Notes under the pieces: model-generated
What the model saw: only the letters and a program-made list of their open reading frames with translations
Database searches by the model: none
Told to the model about the DNA's origin: nothing
NCBI GenBank assembly: GCA_002633005.1
Contig: NMRA01000156.1
Coordinates: forward strand, 248,001-312,000
Direction of reading: 5' to 3'
DNA length: 64,000 nucleotides
Origin: Phoronis australis
Lineage: Eukaryota; Animalia; Phoronida
Part shown: in pieces, positions 1 through 12,602 of the stretch
Layout of the letters: every line of letters begins with the position of its first letter
Position numbering within the stretch: position 1 is the first letter of the stretch
Translations under genes and position numbers: made by a program

Positions 1-1302
1 ATTGGACAATAGTAGGGAATTTTACCTGTGCAAGCCATGTCGGCCAGTAGCATATGACTTTGTGTTGTAACGCAGCACTACATTGGCCAATGGTAAGCAA
101 CTAAGTGTGCAAGCCATGTTGGCCAATCGTATGCTGCACTAAATTGACCATTTAGCCATACACGAGTCCACGGTTTCGTCCACCGTCTTGAAAAGAATAT
201 GCAAACCATTTCACACGTGCAAATTGATGGGTGAAAAAAAATCCTTTTTAAAGCAATACCTTTGAAAGATATTTATTGCATTGTCAAATGGTTACAACTG
301 TGTCATTCCCAACATCGAGGATTGTCACAAACTCGCTTTTCACAAACTCGCTTTTCAATTTTAGAACTTGTAAAATAACGGAGTTGTTAGAAAAAAATCC
401 AGTTATTAGCAACATCAGGCACGTTTTCATAAATATCACTGCAGTTTCACTGTTGATACTGTTAGTTAACCCAGGATACAAAGTAAAAGTCAAGTCTTTA
501 AATTGTTTCAACTGAAGCCTCAATACCATTACAATCGCAAATTATTACCATCACAAAGCACCCTGGCGGCTCAGCAAAAGATTCTGTGTCCTAACAACCC
601 AGCAGCACTCGCGGGACGATGGCATAAATTTATTGTTAAAAGTGCTTTCACCATCTACTTGCTATTTTATAGGAGAAATCAGCATTTTATGGTTTGATCT
701 TCATAAAGCGAAATGTAAAAATCACGTGTTTCACCACGCATACGTACATGAGCTACGCCTGCTCAGCTCGATATGGTAGACTTGTGCATAGTTTGCGATT
801 TTGTAATTCAATCAAGCAGTGCTACATTGACCAATAGCACACGACATTACACGCACTAGCTATGTCAGCCAATGGCTTAAGATACTGTAGTATCTGGCAG
901 CACTCCCTTGGCCAATAGTAGCCAACCTTACATGTGTAAGCCATGTTGGGCAACAGCACATAATTGTGTGTTGGCCAATGGCGGGCGGTAAAACTCTTAT
1001 ATGGCTAATTTTGGGCAGTTTGAGTTGTTACTAAGTGTGACTACAAGTGGAGTAAATGTGACCATGACCATGAAAGGTAGTTGACTTCATTAATGTACTC
1101 TGTAGTGTTGCTGTTGACAGTGTTGTTGGTTTTGGCAGTCGTTTCATTGTCGTTATTGTTTCCTGTCAATCATGCAGACAGTTCAGTGTGAAACAAAATG
1201 GCTGCGCAAGTTTTCTTTTACTGTGATTTTATGTAATATTGAAGCCTTGTATAAATAATGGTTAAAAATAAAAATTCTGGAAAGGAGCAAATGGAAAATT
1301 TG

Positions 1303-1308
1303 TTTAAT
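1303..1308 (-). promoter_or_regulatory. Candidate distal polyadenylation signal (ATTAAA) of PDE7
   Basis: Minus-strand ATTAAA with a U-rich tract about 30-40 nt downstream. Other minus-strand AATAAA hexamers lie at 4273-4278, 3599-3604 and 2127-2132. Confidence 0.25.
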
Positions 1309-1967
1309 ACTCAAAGGAACCCACAAGGTCAACTTGAGAAAATCGAAACAAGGTATATATCTGGTGGTAAGATTAGACAGGTTTAACAGAGCACAGTCTA
1401 CTAGTAGTATATTTACATAAGAATTCAACAAACGAATCTCCAAAGAACTTCACAATGCTAAACGAGATGATAGCAACAGATTTATATACAATATTTACAC
1501 AGAATTACCAATAAATACCTGTAAAATAAACAATCGATTGCTATAAATAATAATTTATCTGTTCAACCTGAATGATGAAAAATCTGATTTCAGCAGATAA
1601 AACGATGGAAAAGAATTTTTTATGTAAAAAAATTATTCCGACAACACAAAGGTAACCCTAACACTTGAAACACCTGCTAAAAATATACAGTGACCTGCGT
1701 ACAACTGTTTACATGACATTCACAACTACACTTCGTTATTGGAATACACAACAAGGACTAAGGACTAAGACAACACTCCAGCCTAAACAATACTAAACAT
1801 TTAATCCCATCCCCACGTCGTGGGTTGGGATCTAATCTTTTTACTCGAAATTGTTTTAACATTTCCCGTTCTGAGTTGGTACAAATTCTAGTTAATGATT
1901 CTGTACTAGAATATATTAGTATGAACGACTGAAATTCTATTTTGCACTAGGCGACCCCAGCATTACA

Positions 1968-2196
1968 CTGGGCTTGGGAATTTTCCCCTTTTAAGAGGAT
2001 TTCCTCTTACTTGATTTCCAGTTTCCTCTTTTTTCGACACTTGTATCATTACTTTGACTATACATGCAAAAATGTTTATTTCAGTAAAATCTTACAACAC
2101 AAAAATATTTCCACCACACAAGCCAATTTATTTGTGGAACAATACATAACCTGGAAAATTTTCCTCTTTTTTTGTCATTGGTCATTCCAAGCCCTG
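1968..2196. mobile_element. hAT-like MITE, copy 1
   Basis: Imperfect TIRs CTGGGCTTGGGAA...TTCCAAGCCCTG. Both sub-terminal regions recur inverted at about 11003-11229. Confidence 0.55.
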
Positions 2197-3098
2197 ATTA
2201 GAGATTAAGTTCGAGTATGAACTTAAGATATTGTTTTTACCAGTTTGTAGCTTGAATCCAGGGGTTACCAAGTGAGGATTTGGACTATACAGTGGTTTGC
2301 ATAATCCATATATACTTAAGTACAGGATAAGTGATAATTATCTGGAATTCCAAAAAATGTTTTCACGTTTATTTCGAGTGAAAAGATTAGACCAGAGACT
2401 TAAATCTGAATTTCTACTCTTCCAGTTCCGCAGTTGTTACTATAGAAATACAAAAGAAAACAGAAATCACTGGCCACTCTCATCAAGCAAAGACACGTGA
2501 AACTTGTTTGCGAGATCACTAAGCCCGTCACTTATGCAGTAAAACTAGCGAAAAAATGAATTACTTTCCTTCCAAACTTAGAAATTTCTCTTTCTCAAGA
2601 TGAACTTGTCTCGCCCATTACCCTGTTAGCTTTCAAAACTTGCCATGCACAGAAGTTTTCCAGCAATTTCAACACCCAACTTATCAGTACCCCAACTACG
2701 TGAGGGCCACTACAGATGGAGAACTTTGAGACCATATTTCTGCCTTGTGCCAAATTTTCCTCGAGTCACTGTTACCCCACACAGCGAGGTAAAATGCTCA
2801 CTGACCTGTACACTGCATTCGTGGAAAACGGTGTAAATTACAATGGAAAAGCAAGAGATTTGTTTTTGTCAGGTGATACAATAATTAAATTTCATTGGCT
2901 ACTAAAGACAATTCATAGAGTAACACCTGACCTACACACTTTGATTTGCGCCATGTCAAAGAAATCCAGCAAGTGACACATTTGCCTCGTGAGACAAATC
3001 CTCGCACTTCATTTTGCAACAGACGTGGGCTACGAGATGAGCTCATTTACATTTGAGAAACGCAGCTGTACCAATAGTACTGGCCCGATAAGCAACTC

Positions 3099-3532
3099 TA
3101 AGGCCACCTTTTGCCAAAACAAAAAACTACTTTTGTTTTAGAGCGCTTACTGTTCCGAAACTGTCTCAAATTGTCCCTTACTCAAAATGAATTCTGGGCT
3201 CAGCAAGATAGTCTCGAAACCAGAGCTGCGTAACGCCGAACAAATACATTACCTTGTGAGAAAAAGGGGGTCTTTGCAAAGCAAAACGTGTGATCACACT
3301 TAACTTTCACTTGTTTCAGAATGAGCCTCCGGCTCAACAAGTCGACATGACCCAGCGGTTCATTTTATGCGCTGAGCATCTCCTGGAGCACTAAAGAACA
3401 GTAGGTTCTTCCCAAGAAGTAAAAATTGTTCTAATTTGAGTAAGGAACAACTTGAGACCAGTTTTTAACAGTAAATAGTCTGAATCAAAAGTTTGTCTTT
3501 CTTGGAAGAAGACGGGTTTAGTGTAGCTTTAA
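3099..3532. mobile_element. Degenerate foldback MITE, possibly TTAA/Kolobok-type
   Basis: About 3128-3190 is the imperfect reverse complement of about 3431-3495. The right end is GTAGCT-TTAA. Confidence 0.5.
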
Positions 3533-4356
3533 AGGCTTTAAAGGGACACTAAACTCTGTTTCGCCCAATTCACACAATACTGATTTCGTCACATGATATT
3601 TATTGCATGTTAGAACCTCCCCTAAGAAATAAAAGTAACAACTGGATCCTCATCGAGTCACTATGTGGATCAAGGCGGGTGATTTTTCACTGGCCACAGC
3701 CATAGATTAACTCTCAGACTGTTAGTCGCGCTTGTCGATTTAGCAAAGGAGTTTTCGACCTCACTCCAAACTCCTGAGGCTCGGCAAGGGTTGCAGAGCA
3801 TTATTTTGTTACAAAGATTCAAATCATCTAGTGGCAGTTTATATCTGTTAATAGCATAAAACATGGTTTAGTATCCATTTCAATATTGTGAATCCCACGC
3901 CGTACTAAAGCACAGGACTGACGATCCAGCGAGACCCATTTCCCATGCTCACAATCGACACGTTCAAACAACTACGGGAAAACCTCGCCAATTTAGGACA
4001 CAGTATGGTGGACAAGAGCAATTTTCTATCCCAAAACTGGTGAGATTTCACCAAAATACCAGTGCTATTAGAAAACACTCAGCATTATGTAAAATGAAAA
4101 TTTCAGATGACCTTGTGATGACCTTGTGAACACAACTGAACATGAGCTTAAAGTTTAACAAGCAGACAAAGAGAACCCTAGCAGCTACAAATCAATGGCT
4201 TCGAATGAAACAGGTCAAGCTACATCGGCATACTTTACCATAACATAACAATTGGATAAATTATTTACACATTTTATTGGGTCTACTTTCTCATAGCACA
4301 CATTTTGCTGAAACTGTGCGCATGTACTTATGAAAAACCAAAAAGTAGCCAATTAA

Positions 4357-4646
4357 AGCTGCATTCCGCCGTATATAACAGGATGGAAAATGAATCAGGC
4401 CTTTTACTGTCATAAAAGGCCTTACCGCGATGAAATTCTATTTCCATTAACCCAAGTCACAGGCAATGCGTACATGTGCCATTTTTGAATTCTCAATTTT
4501 AAGGTTGGCCAGGGAAGTAGAAAACGGTGCATGCACGCATTGCCTACAACAGAAATGGAATCCCATCACGATAAGGATTATTATCCGAGTGAATAACCCA
4601 ATTCAATTATTGTATTTATGCCAAATTAACAAGGCCAAATGCAGCT
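4357..4646. mobile_element. TTAA-flanked MITE (Kolobok-like), 290 bp
   Basis: TTAA|AGCTGCATT...AATGCAGCT|TTAA: perfect 9-bp TIR with a TTAA duplication. Confidence 0.65.
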
Positions 4647-6478
4647 TTAAATTTCCCATCAACATCCAAATGTTTTACATTCAAATAATACACAAACATC
4701 CTTAACAAATAAGTTGAGTTTCTTAACAATTACTAACTCTAGTATGAGCTTCATAACCTCGATGTCGAACCTTGAACGACCGTCGAAGGGCAGGTAATCA
4801 GTAGTCATTTTCTTTAGGTGGAGCTACATGTTTAGATGGTATTTTCAGCAACTGGTTTCAATGAATCACATGTCCCACACCAAGATTTTTTAATTGTGTC
4901 ATTTAAGCAAATAAGTACTGGAACAATTTAAGTGTCGTCTTATTCTAAAATAAGTACACTGTAAGACCTTTTAACATTTGAGGTACTTCTTGGTGTTTAC
5001 GAACAAGCCATTTTAACCAAGTAAATGAAATAACGCGGGCAAGTTGCCACTTAAACTTCATATGTAATTTTCAGACCATTTTTGGTGGAAAACATGCACA
5101 TAACAACAGCACCGAACACACATTTGGCTCGTAACACAATATGGCTAATGAAAAAAAAAAAATTAAGTGTATTTCTTTGCTCAGTTGTCACATTTGGAAA
5201 CACTGAAATAGTATGAAATATGGTCATTTTTCTTTGTATTTTCAAAAACATTTAACCTTCCCGTTATCTTTTTGAGCTTAACTGACTGTCTTCGGTTATT
5301 TGGACACCTGATAAATTATGCAGCATCCTAAAAACTAACCATTATTGAGGTGAGGTCAAGGGTTGCGCAGGTTAGAGGTCACAAGGACACTGTCCTTTTT
5401 CATTATGCTGTCCCAAGACAGGGCTCGAAGGAACAACATCAAAGGTGTAGAGCTCAATCAATCACAAACTCCTCAATATATCTCACTAAAAGGAATGTCT
5501 CTTCTGTCCAAGGCAACAAATGGGAGGTAAAACTTCTACCACTAAAACTTTGCAAGCCTTACTTCCCCAAAGTCCATAAACCTTTCTCAGAGTTCCAACA
5601 GCTTAGTTATATTTAAGATGATTGTTTCGGGGGGAACTTCAAATTGCCTGTTACACAAAATAGCAAATTTCATCTCGAGAAAAAAGGCACTCACTAGCTA
5701 GATAAATGACTAGATCATAGACGAGGTCTCTGACTTGTAGTAAAAGATTGACGATTGCATTGGTGGAGAAACATTGACTAGTGGAGTTAGTAGTTAATTG
5801 GGGTTGCCTTTAGGTGTGTCCCTGAAAATAGATGAACAAATGGTTACATCAACGGAACAAATACCAACACGTCTACAACTATGCTTATCTACAGCTGTTC
5901 AGCTTTCATCTTCAGCAGTCAAATGCAACCAAAACCTTGCCTGACGCGTGACATGGAGCAAGATCTCATACAAACTTTGAAGTGACCCAATGAGAACACG
6001 ACCTATGGTTGCTAGACCTGCGACAAAAAACTCACAATCGAAGCAGCGAATATTACTGTAACTACAAAGTAAAGTAAAACTCATCTAAGTCATACCCAAC
6101 CTGACTGAGAGCTTTCATCTTGGTGAGGCCAAATAAAATACGACTTATCTTAAGGGTCGAGTGCACAAACTTGAACAACCACACCATGAAGCGAGTTTTA
6201 ACTAAAGGTAATTTCTTTCCGCTAGATGTAACGCACTATGTATCATTTTGTCTGGTTACCTTCTACGTGTATCAAATGCAAGAGAGACGTAAATCTAGCC
6301 ATCTCTCAAGACTCCCACAAAATACTTTGTAGTGGAGAATGCTGCTTTGTCATATTTTGAGGAAAGCGGCAGTTTCACTCGAGCACACAGCCTCGCCTTA
6401 GATATTGTAATAGAAACATAATGAAAAGCTGCAGCTACAGAGTGCTTTTTCATAGTAGCATTGCATTACTCAAACAAC

Positions 6479-7404
6479 TCACCTGAGTGTTTGAAATCTC
6501 TCTACATCCTCCGTAGTCGACCCGCTGCCTCTACGTAACTGGCGTGTGGGGCAGTTGTGCACCGAGTCGAGACTCCGCCCGAGGATGTGGCTCCCCCTGC
6601 CCGCGGCAATGTGGTTGTTGTTGTTGGTCGCCAACTCCGCCAGAATCGGCCTACTGCCGGCAGGGAATGTTTGACCTTTGACCCTGTAGATATGACCTCC
6701 CACCGCCAGCACGGCTAGCATGGGTTTTGTTTGCACACCGCAATGTCCCGACTGGGCCCATGTCACAGGACTGGTTAACAGACTAGTGGCGACACTGGGA
6801 GTGAGTGTTGATATTTTTGGACGGGTCACGATAGAGTCCACTGAAACACAGTGAATGTCATTTGAGCAGGTATGCGCACTCTGTTGATGTCGAATCAAGT
6901 GACTGGATAGCTTTTCGACGACGCGGTCGTATGACACGGCCTGAAGCGAATTTGTTTTCGGTAGTGATCTTCTACGCTTGCCATTGGCGATGACCGTTGT
7001 AGGAAAGCTACCACGTCGCACATACAATTGTGGAAACTCGCGGCGCAGAATTGAGTTCGGCAAGCTGTGGCGGCGCATACGCCACTGCAGCGCCTCCTCG
7101 AGTCTCTCCGCAACCTCTGCCACCTCTGTCTCAACATCGTCCATGTTGGCAATGCCGCTCCCTCCACTATTCTCTGACCGATTGCTTGACGTTGACGAAG
7201 AATTGCTGTGACGCGAACCGGGTGGTGCCGAATTCGTCTCCTGAGTTGATTGGCCAATTTGATTCTCCTTCTCCCACTCATGAACGAGATTTGTCCACGT
7301 GAGTTTGTTCCGTTGAATGTTCATCATCATGTGCTGACTGAGATGAGTCGGGAGCAAACGTTGCCACTCTTTAAACAGAGGTGCGACCACGTACTCCATG
7401 AAAC
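6479..7404 (-). CDS. PDE7: PDE7 terminal coding exon (926 nt incl. TGA; G-FMEYVVAPLFKEW...NKLTW then a long Ser-rich tail ending ...ERFQTLR*)
   Basis: tttctttgtcacgcag acceptor. GFM..V.PLF..W and N...W close the catalytic domain, and a GC-richer open frame runs on to TGA. The 5' part of the ORF-track entry (7405-7546) is intronic. Confidence 0.95.
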
Positions 7405-8973
7405 CTGCGTGACAAAGAAAAACTCCAGTGAAACGAGCAAACAAGCAAGCAAAATGAAGTTCATTACTGATACTGATGTTCCCATATAGTTTATAAACGC
7501 TCGAGCAACTCCAGTAAATGCAGGACACAGACCTGCTCACACTCAACTTGTAAAATCCTTACTTTTGTTAGTTTCACAATGTTGATACAGGAACTTTCCT
7601 TTTAAGGATCAAAGAATAGTTGAGACTGATTTTATAACGCAACGTGGCCTAAATCCAAAGTGAGTTTCTTCACTGGAACATTGGTCTAATGTTGCTATAA
7701 TAGTAAAAGATTTGAATCACTTTTTCAAGTGGTAATGAACTTCACGCTCAGTTGAAGCAACTCGCGTTTCATTTAAACCACCTTGCACAATAACATCGGC
7801 CTCAACTTGTCCCTTGATCAGATGACAAGTGATTATTGGTCTTGCAAACAACTGACAGTTTGTTATTGCTAGAGACCATGTACAGAAAAGAAATTAACAC
7901 GCCGTGACAACTCAACTCGTGGAGCCTTGTCTTAACCAATAACGGCCTGTGCGTCCTTTCCAAGCTCAGACACCACACCTCATGACAAGAATCTTACGTT
8001 GACACCCAAACTGGACTCAACCGGTTTGCCTAACTCAGGAATTGCAGGTTTGAATCAAAGACCTCATGCTGCTGCGGTTAATTAAATTGCCTCAAGCTGC
8101 TGATGTTATCGTTCTAGATAATCAGACCACACACTGTGGCGACAATTTTTTTAAAATTTTCGATTTGAAATTTTTTGAATAGCATATTTGAATCGTTCAT
8201 GAAAAGTAGATGTTTGGTTTTTGAATTTTTAAAATGGGACAAGAAATGTGACTTTTAGCCTGTGAATTTTCCCGAATGTTGCCCAGAGCTCGCGCGTTGT
8301 TCTGTGCCTCATTAATTCTGTGGGGTGTGCAACACAATGGCTAATTACCAAACTAGCAGGGGGCGTCGGATTTTGAGGTAGGCCAAGTGTCATTGTACAA
8401 TTTTTGGAACTTATTTTGAGCATGGAATAATTTGAGACCATTTTCATAACGTTGGCTTTTTGGACGGAATGAGAGTTTCAACCACCTTCAACCTTTCCTT
8501 CAATGCTTGTCTTAAAACATCTCTCATCTTCAATGTGACGAAGAATGATGAAAAGAAAATCAAACAAATCTACGAACTGCAGAGAAATAAAATTTTAAAA
8601 GGTGCAAAATGCACTCAGTTCTAAGCGTGGTGTTTAGCAATTATCTAGTAAATTTACAGACAGTTCATGACATCGCACAGTAATCATCGTCAGATGACCA
8701 CTACAACATCCCACAAGATCAGACAGCCCGAGGGTTTCCACACAAAATGCGTTCTCGCTTTCCATGAGTTGTCTATCGAGAAAATCAATTTCATTTTTCT
8801 TGAGTTATTTTTCACACAAAAAAGAAGACACATAGTAATTTTTACTGACGGTTGTCAAACAAAATTAAATGTATGAATTTGCTAGGCGACCAGTGAAATT
8901 ATCATTTTATAGATTTAATGAAAGTTTTTACCATGGCTTTCAACGTATGAATATTAATCTTCTGATTTTCTCT

Positions 8974-9455
8974 GTCAGTCACAGCAACACCACATTTTGA
9001 CAATTGCAACACCTCATGGACCAGTCAGTCGTAGACTACATGATAATTTGACCATAACAATACCCCACAAATCAGTCAGTCACAGGCAACACCCCATTTT
9101 GACCATTACAATACCCGACAGACCAGTCAGTCATAGGCTACACAATAATTTGACGATAACAATACCCCACGAATCAGTCAGTCATAGGCAACAGCACATT
9201 TTGACCATTACAATACCCCCAAAGACCAATCAGCCATAGGCTACACCACATTTTGACTATTACAACACCCCACAGACCAGTCAGTCATAGGCTACACCAC
9301 ATTTTGACCATTAAAACATCCTAGAGACCAGTCAGTCACAGGCAATACCACATTTTGACCATTACAACACCCCACAGACCAGTCAGTCATAGGCTACACC
9401 ACAATTTGACCATCATAACACCCCATAGCCAGTCAGAAATATTACACCCATTTGG
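8974..9455. repeat. 51-bp minisatellite, about 9 copies
   Basis: Unit approximately CAGTCAGTCATAGGCTACACCACATTTTGACCATTACAACACCCCACAGAC. It produces the 17-aa repeat pseudo-ORFs in the ORF track. Confidence 0.9.
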
Positions 9456-9466
9456 CCAGTACCAAC

Positions 9467-9547
9467 CTGCCTGCACTTTGGCCACAGTCGTAGCATGTCT
9501 ATCACAGTTATTGGTCACCGGCAGGTGTAGACTACGCTCCAAATCAC
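9467..9547 (-). CDS. PDE7: PDE7 coding exon (81 nt, G-DLERSLHLPVTNNCDRHATTVAKVQA-G)
   Basis: tctcccag acceptor and gttggt donor. Contains GDxE, CDR and the invariant substrate-binding Gln. Confidence 0.95.
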
Positions 9548-11002
9548 CTGGGGAGACAAGACACATGAACAGCCTACATGCAGAATACAGTACAACACAA
9601 TTGCCGAATGACAGAAACTTAAGTGACACCACATCTCTAAATTACTTGTGGCTCGAATCGAACTAACATTTAAATTACAATGCATTTTATAACAAAAACA
9701 CAATCTCTTAGTGGCAAACACGGTACAAGCAGAATTGCTGAAACTCTTTCTGTGCGTCTCAATTCTCATGACTGGAAAGCATTGCAACTATAATTCATTT
9801 GTTGATTATTGTCATATCGCATTTTCCCCGTCTTCTGGGACCTTAGGGAGGCACGATCTAAACAAAATTTGAACTCTAGCTCTGCAAAAAGGTGTCTCAA
9901 AAGTACTCTAAATGTATTGCTTAATATCTTATTGCCTACGCTTACAAATGAATAAGTGGCGAAAGCTTCTTAAGAGTCACTGAATGCAAAATACACGCCT
10001 TCACCAAAGGAGTCGGTGGACTTTCAGGGCCCTCGATTTTGAGGCACAATATCATATCAGCCCCATTCGAATGTTAAAAATATTTGAAAATTACACAAAA
10101 TTCTCATCATCAAGCCCAAGAATTCCCTCCAATGAATAAAAAATACTTTCAAGGTTAGAATCACTTCTGCAAAATGTTAATTTTGGCAATTTGATGAATT
10201 GCTGATGAGGGGTGGAAATTTTCGCTCAACCAAAAAATCACCCCAGGTGAGCTAGGGCCTCAGCTTCACAATGTTAGTAACATTTAAGGTAACCGAGGTA
10301 CCTTTGTTACCAAGTGTTACATTTCTCCATAATTATATTTTCTAGTATGTTTTAATCCATGAAACCACAAATATCCATGACAAGCACAAAAACACACACC
10401 AGACCTTTTTTTAGTGACATCACCATGTTTACAGAGACAGACATAACTTTTACAAACACTTTACTTTAGTCATTCCCTGATAGATGTAAAAGCATGTTCT
10501 AAAACCAAATTTTTCGCAGGATGGCAAAGTGTAGGGTGAATTTTTCAATGCGAATGTATTCCACACCGAGTTTGAACCTTGTGCTACAAAAAGCAGCAAA
10601 ACACAACTCCAAGAACTCAGATGTGTGAGCGTTACACCCCCATTTTATCGAGATCTAAATCGTCAAATTGTAGCAGTATTGTTCTCTACAGCCACAGTTT
10701 GGTGGATACGAATTCAAGTCCGCCTGGTGAAAAATGATCATCAGACTGATATCAATCCAATCATCATTCATGGAAACCTCTTTTGATCATTTATCATTGC
10801 TCAGTGATAAGAAATCATATAACTTATCACAAATGATAACAAACTTTACATGAAAATTACACCAACCATACACTGAGATCTTATCAGCCATGTCACAATA
10901 TACCATAGAAAAAAAAATCTTCTACGATAAATTATGATTGATCAAGACTGCATGTGTGTCGACAGAATTCTTTTTAGGGTATGCAATTTTCTGCTATGAA
11001 GA

Positions 11003-11229
11003 GCAATGACAAAAAGAGGAAAATTTTCCAGGTAACATATGGTCGATAAATAGGCTTATATGACAGAAATATGTTTTGTTTTTTAGAGCTTATCTACAAG
11101 AAACAAATTTTCACCTAAAAAAGTCGGAATAATGAAAAAGAGATGAAAGAGGAAACTAACAAGAAATAAGAAGAAATTGAAACCAAACAAGAGGAAATCC
11201 TCTTAAAAGAGGAAAATTACAAGCCCCAG
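11003..11229. mobile_element. hAT-like MITE, copy 2, inverted relative to 1968-2196
   Basis: CAATGACAAAAAGAGGAAAATTTTCCAGGT and GAGGAAATCCTCTTAAAAGAGGAAAATT...AAGCCCCAG are reverse complements of segments of copy 1. Confidence 0.6.
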
Positions 11230-11268
11230 TAAAAACAGAATGCCGATAACTAAGAAGCTGCATGTTAC

Positions 11269-11365
11269 CCTGTTGAAAGAACTCTTCACAGACGCGTTCG
11301 CTCCACGCGCTGCTCTCTTTCCAGTTGCGACATGGGTTACTTATGTCTGCACACTTTATCGCGAT
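11269..11365 (-). CDS. PDE7: PDE7 coding exon (97 nt, [33 protein letters not shown])
   Basis: tgttgtag acceptor and gtaaca donor. Contains KCADISNP and EEFFxQG. The SxxWS pattern matches PDE7. Confidence 0.97.
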
Positions 11366-12165
11366 CTACAACACAAGACGAACAATTTAAAGACACTATG
11401 AACCTGCCTTTCGTTCCATTTAGGACATCAATAGTTATAAATCTTAACTTAACTTATTCCTTCCTGGGCATTGGAAGAGATGACGGATTTTTATCGTCCG
11501 ACATCAAGCTCGACAAGTTGGCGTGTATTTTCAGTGACGAGCATCGTCTCGAGCACTTCCAAAGCCAAGGAATCATTTCTCATTTGAGAATGGAACAAGA
11601 TGGGACCAACTTTATAGCATAAACTGGAGGTGTAAAGCTAGTTATTTGTTCGATGGCCAAAGTCAGGGTTATAGCCATTTTAAGGGAAACACATTAGATA
11701 CTAGGAATTTCCACCCACAGAGACTCCACATGTACTGCCACCGGACAATAATGGGAAACCTCCACAAATTATATAATCATAGGCCTGCATTGGGAGCCAT
11801 AATTATTAAAATTTATTACAGGTTTGAAGGGATTCCCAAAATAAATAGTACCAGCAATTGTAAGTCAAAAACGAGGCTTTTTCATGTTTATAGTCATCAG
11901 GTAAGTCATTAATTCTGGATCCCATTTTGTAACTGTTACATTGCTTTTAAGAATATATTTGTAAATAGACTAGACACACCACATATCGTAAGATGTATTT
12001 TCCATTTAGAGTCGTCCCCCATTGCAAAATTATGCCCAGGCTTACTTTTAGGTCACATGAAAGGCCAAAAATGGTTCCCTCAACATATGTCCTGGGGTTT
12101 ATTATTGGACATCCAACAGAGACAAAGCAAGCATTCCAGAAGGCTTTCGATTAAAGTACAATGGC

Positions 12166-12337
12166 NNNNNNNNNNNNNNNNNNNNNNNNNNNNNNNNNNN
12201 NNNNNNNNNNNNNNNNNNNNNNNNNNNNNNNNNNNNNNNNNNNNNNNNNNNNNNNNNNNNNNNNNNNNNNNNNNNNNNNNNNNNNNNNNNNNNNNNNNNN
12301 NNNNNNNNNNNNNNNNNNNNNNNNNNNNNNNNNNNNN
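12166..12337. other. Assembly gap (172 N); single Ns also at 16398, 52706 and 62426
   Basis: Run of N in the sequence. Confidence 0.99.
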
Positions 12338-12451
12338 TCTCCCAGATTCCATTTGACAGTTTGGAGGTGCGAATGTCTGACAGGCAAAATCTTGGCTAAT
12401 ACTCTGCCCTGGCACCCCCCCCCCTAACTCAAAATCCTGGATCTGCCCCTG
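12338..12451. mobile_element. Right end of a Harbinger-like MITE; left end probably lies in the gap
   Basis: Ends C-tract...TCCTGGATCTGCCCCTG, the same terminus type as 20090-20207. CAATGGC just before the gap may be the left end. Confidence 0.45.
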
Positions 12452-12539
12452 AAGTATACATCCGGAACAACTTGCACTGCGTAAAAACAGGTCAAATGTG
12501 TCGTGTGAACGGCACATTAGTCACACTAATGCCACCTAC

Positions 12540-12602
12540 CTGGAGAACAAAATGGCGATGCCCAGCGACAGAGATGTCTAGATTTTCCTTATCTAAATGT
12601 GT
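12540..12602 (-). CDS. PDE7: PDE7 coding exon (63 nt, THLDKENLDISVAGHRHFVLQ)
   Basis: attttcag acceptor and gtaggt donor. HRHFVLQ is typical of PDE7. Confidence 0.94.

Noticed and set aside
1-980. Recurrent TGTGCAAGCCATGTTGGCCAAT-like motifs at 1-150 and 820-980
   Set aside because: A degenerate repeat cut by the window edge. Unit and boundaries cannot be defined and there is no functional evidence.
6895-7489. Overlapping alternative-frame and antisense ORFs in the terminal exon
   Set aside because: By-products of a GC-richer coding exon, with no recognisable domain.
7405-7546. N-terminal part of the 355-aa ORF (MSVSRSV...LCHA)
   Set aside because: Intronic read-through upstream of the polypyrimidine/AG acceptor at 7405. 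PDE homology starts at GFMEY.
8974-9455. Regularly spaced repeats that might suggest a CRISPR array
   Set aside because: The whole 51-bp unit repeats with no unique spacers, there are no cas genes, and the context is a eukaryotic intron.
10202-10225. CTGATGAG...GAAA hammerhead-like words, also CTGATGA at 34231 and 62192
   Set aside because: No stem II or stem I pairing; expected by chance.
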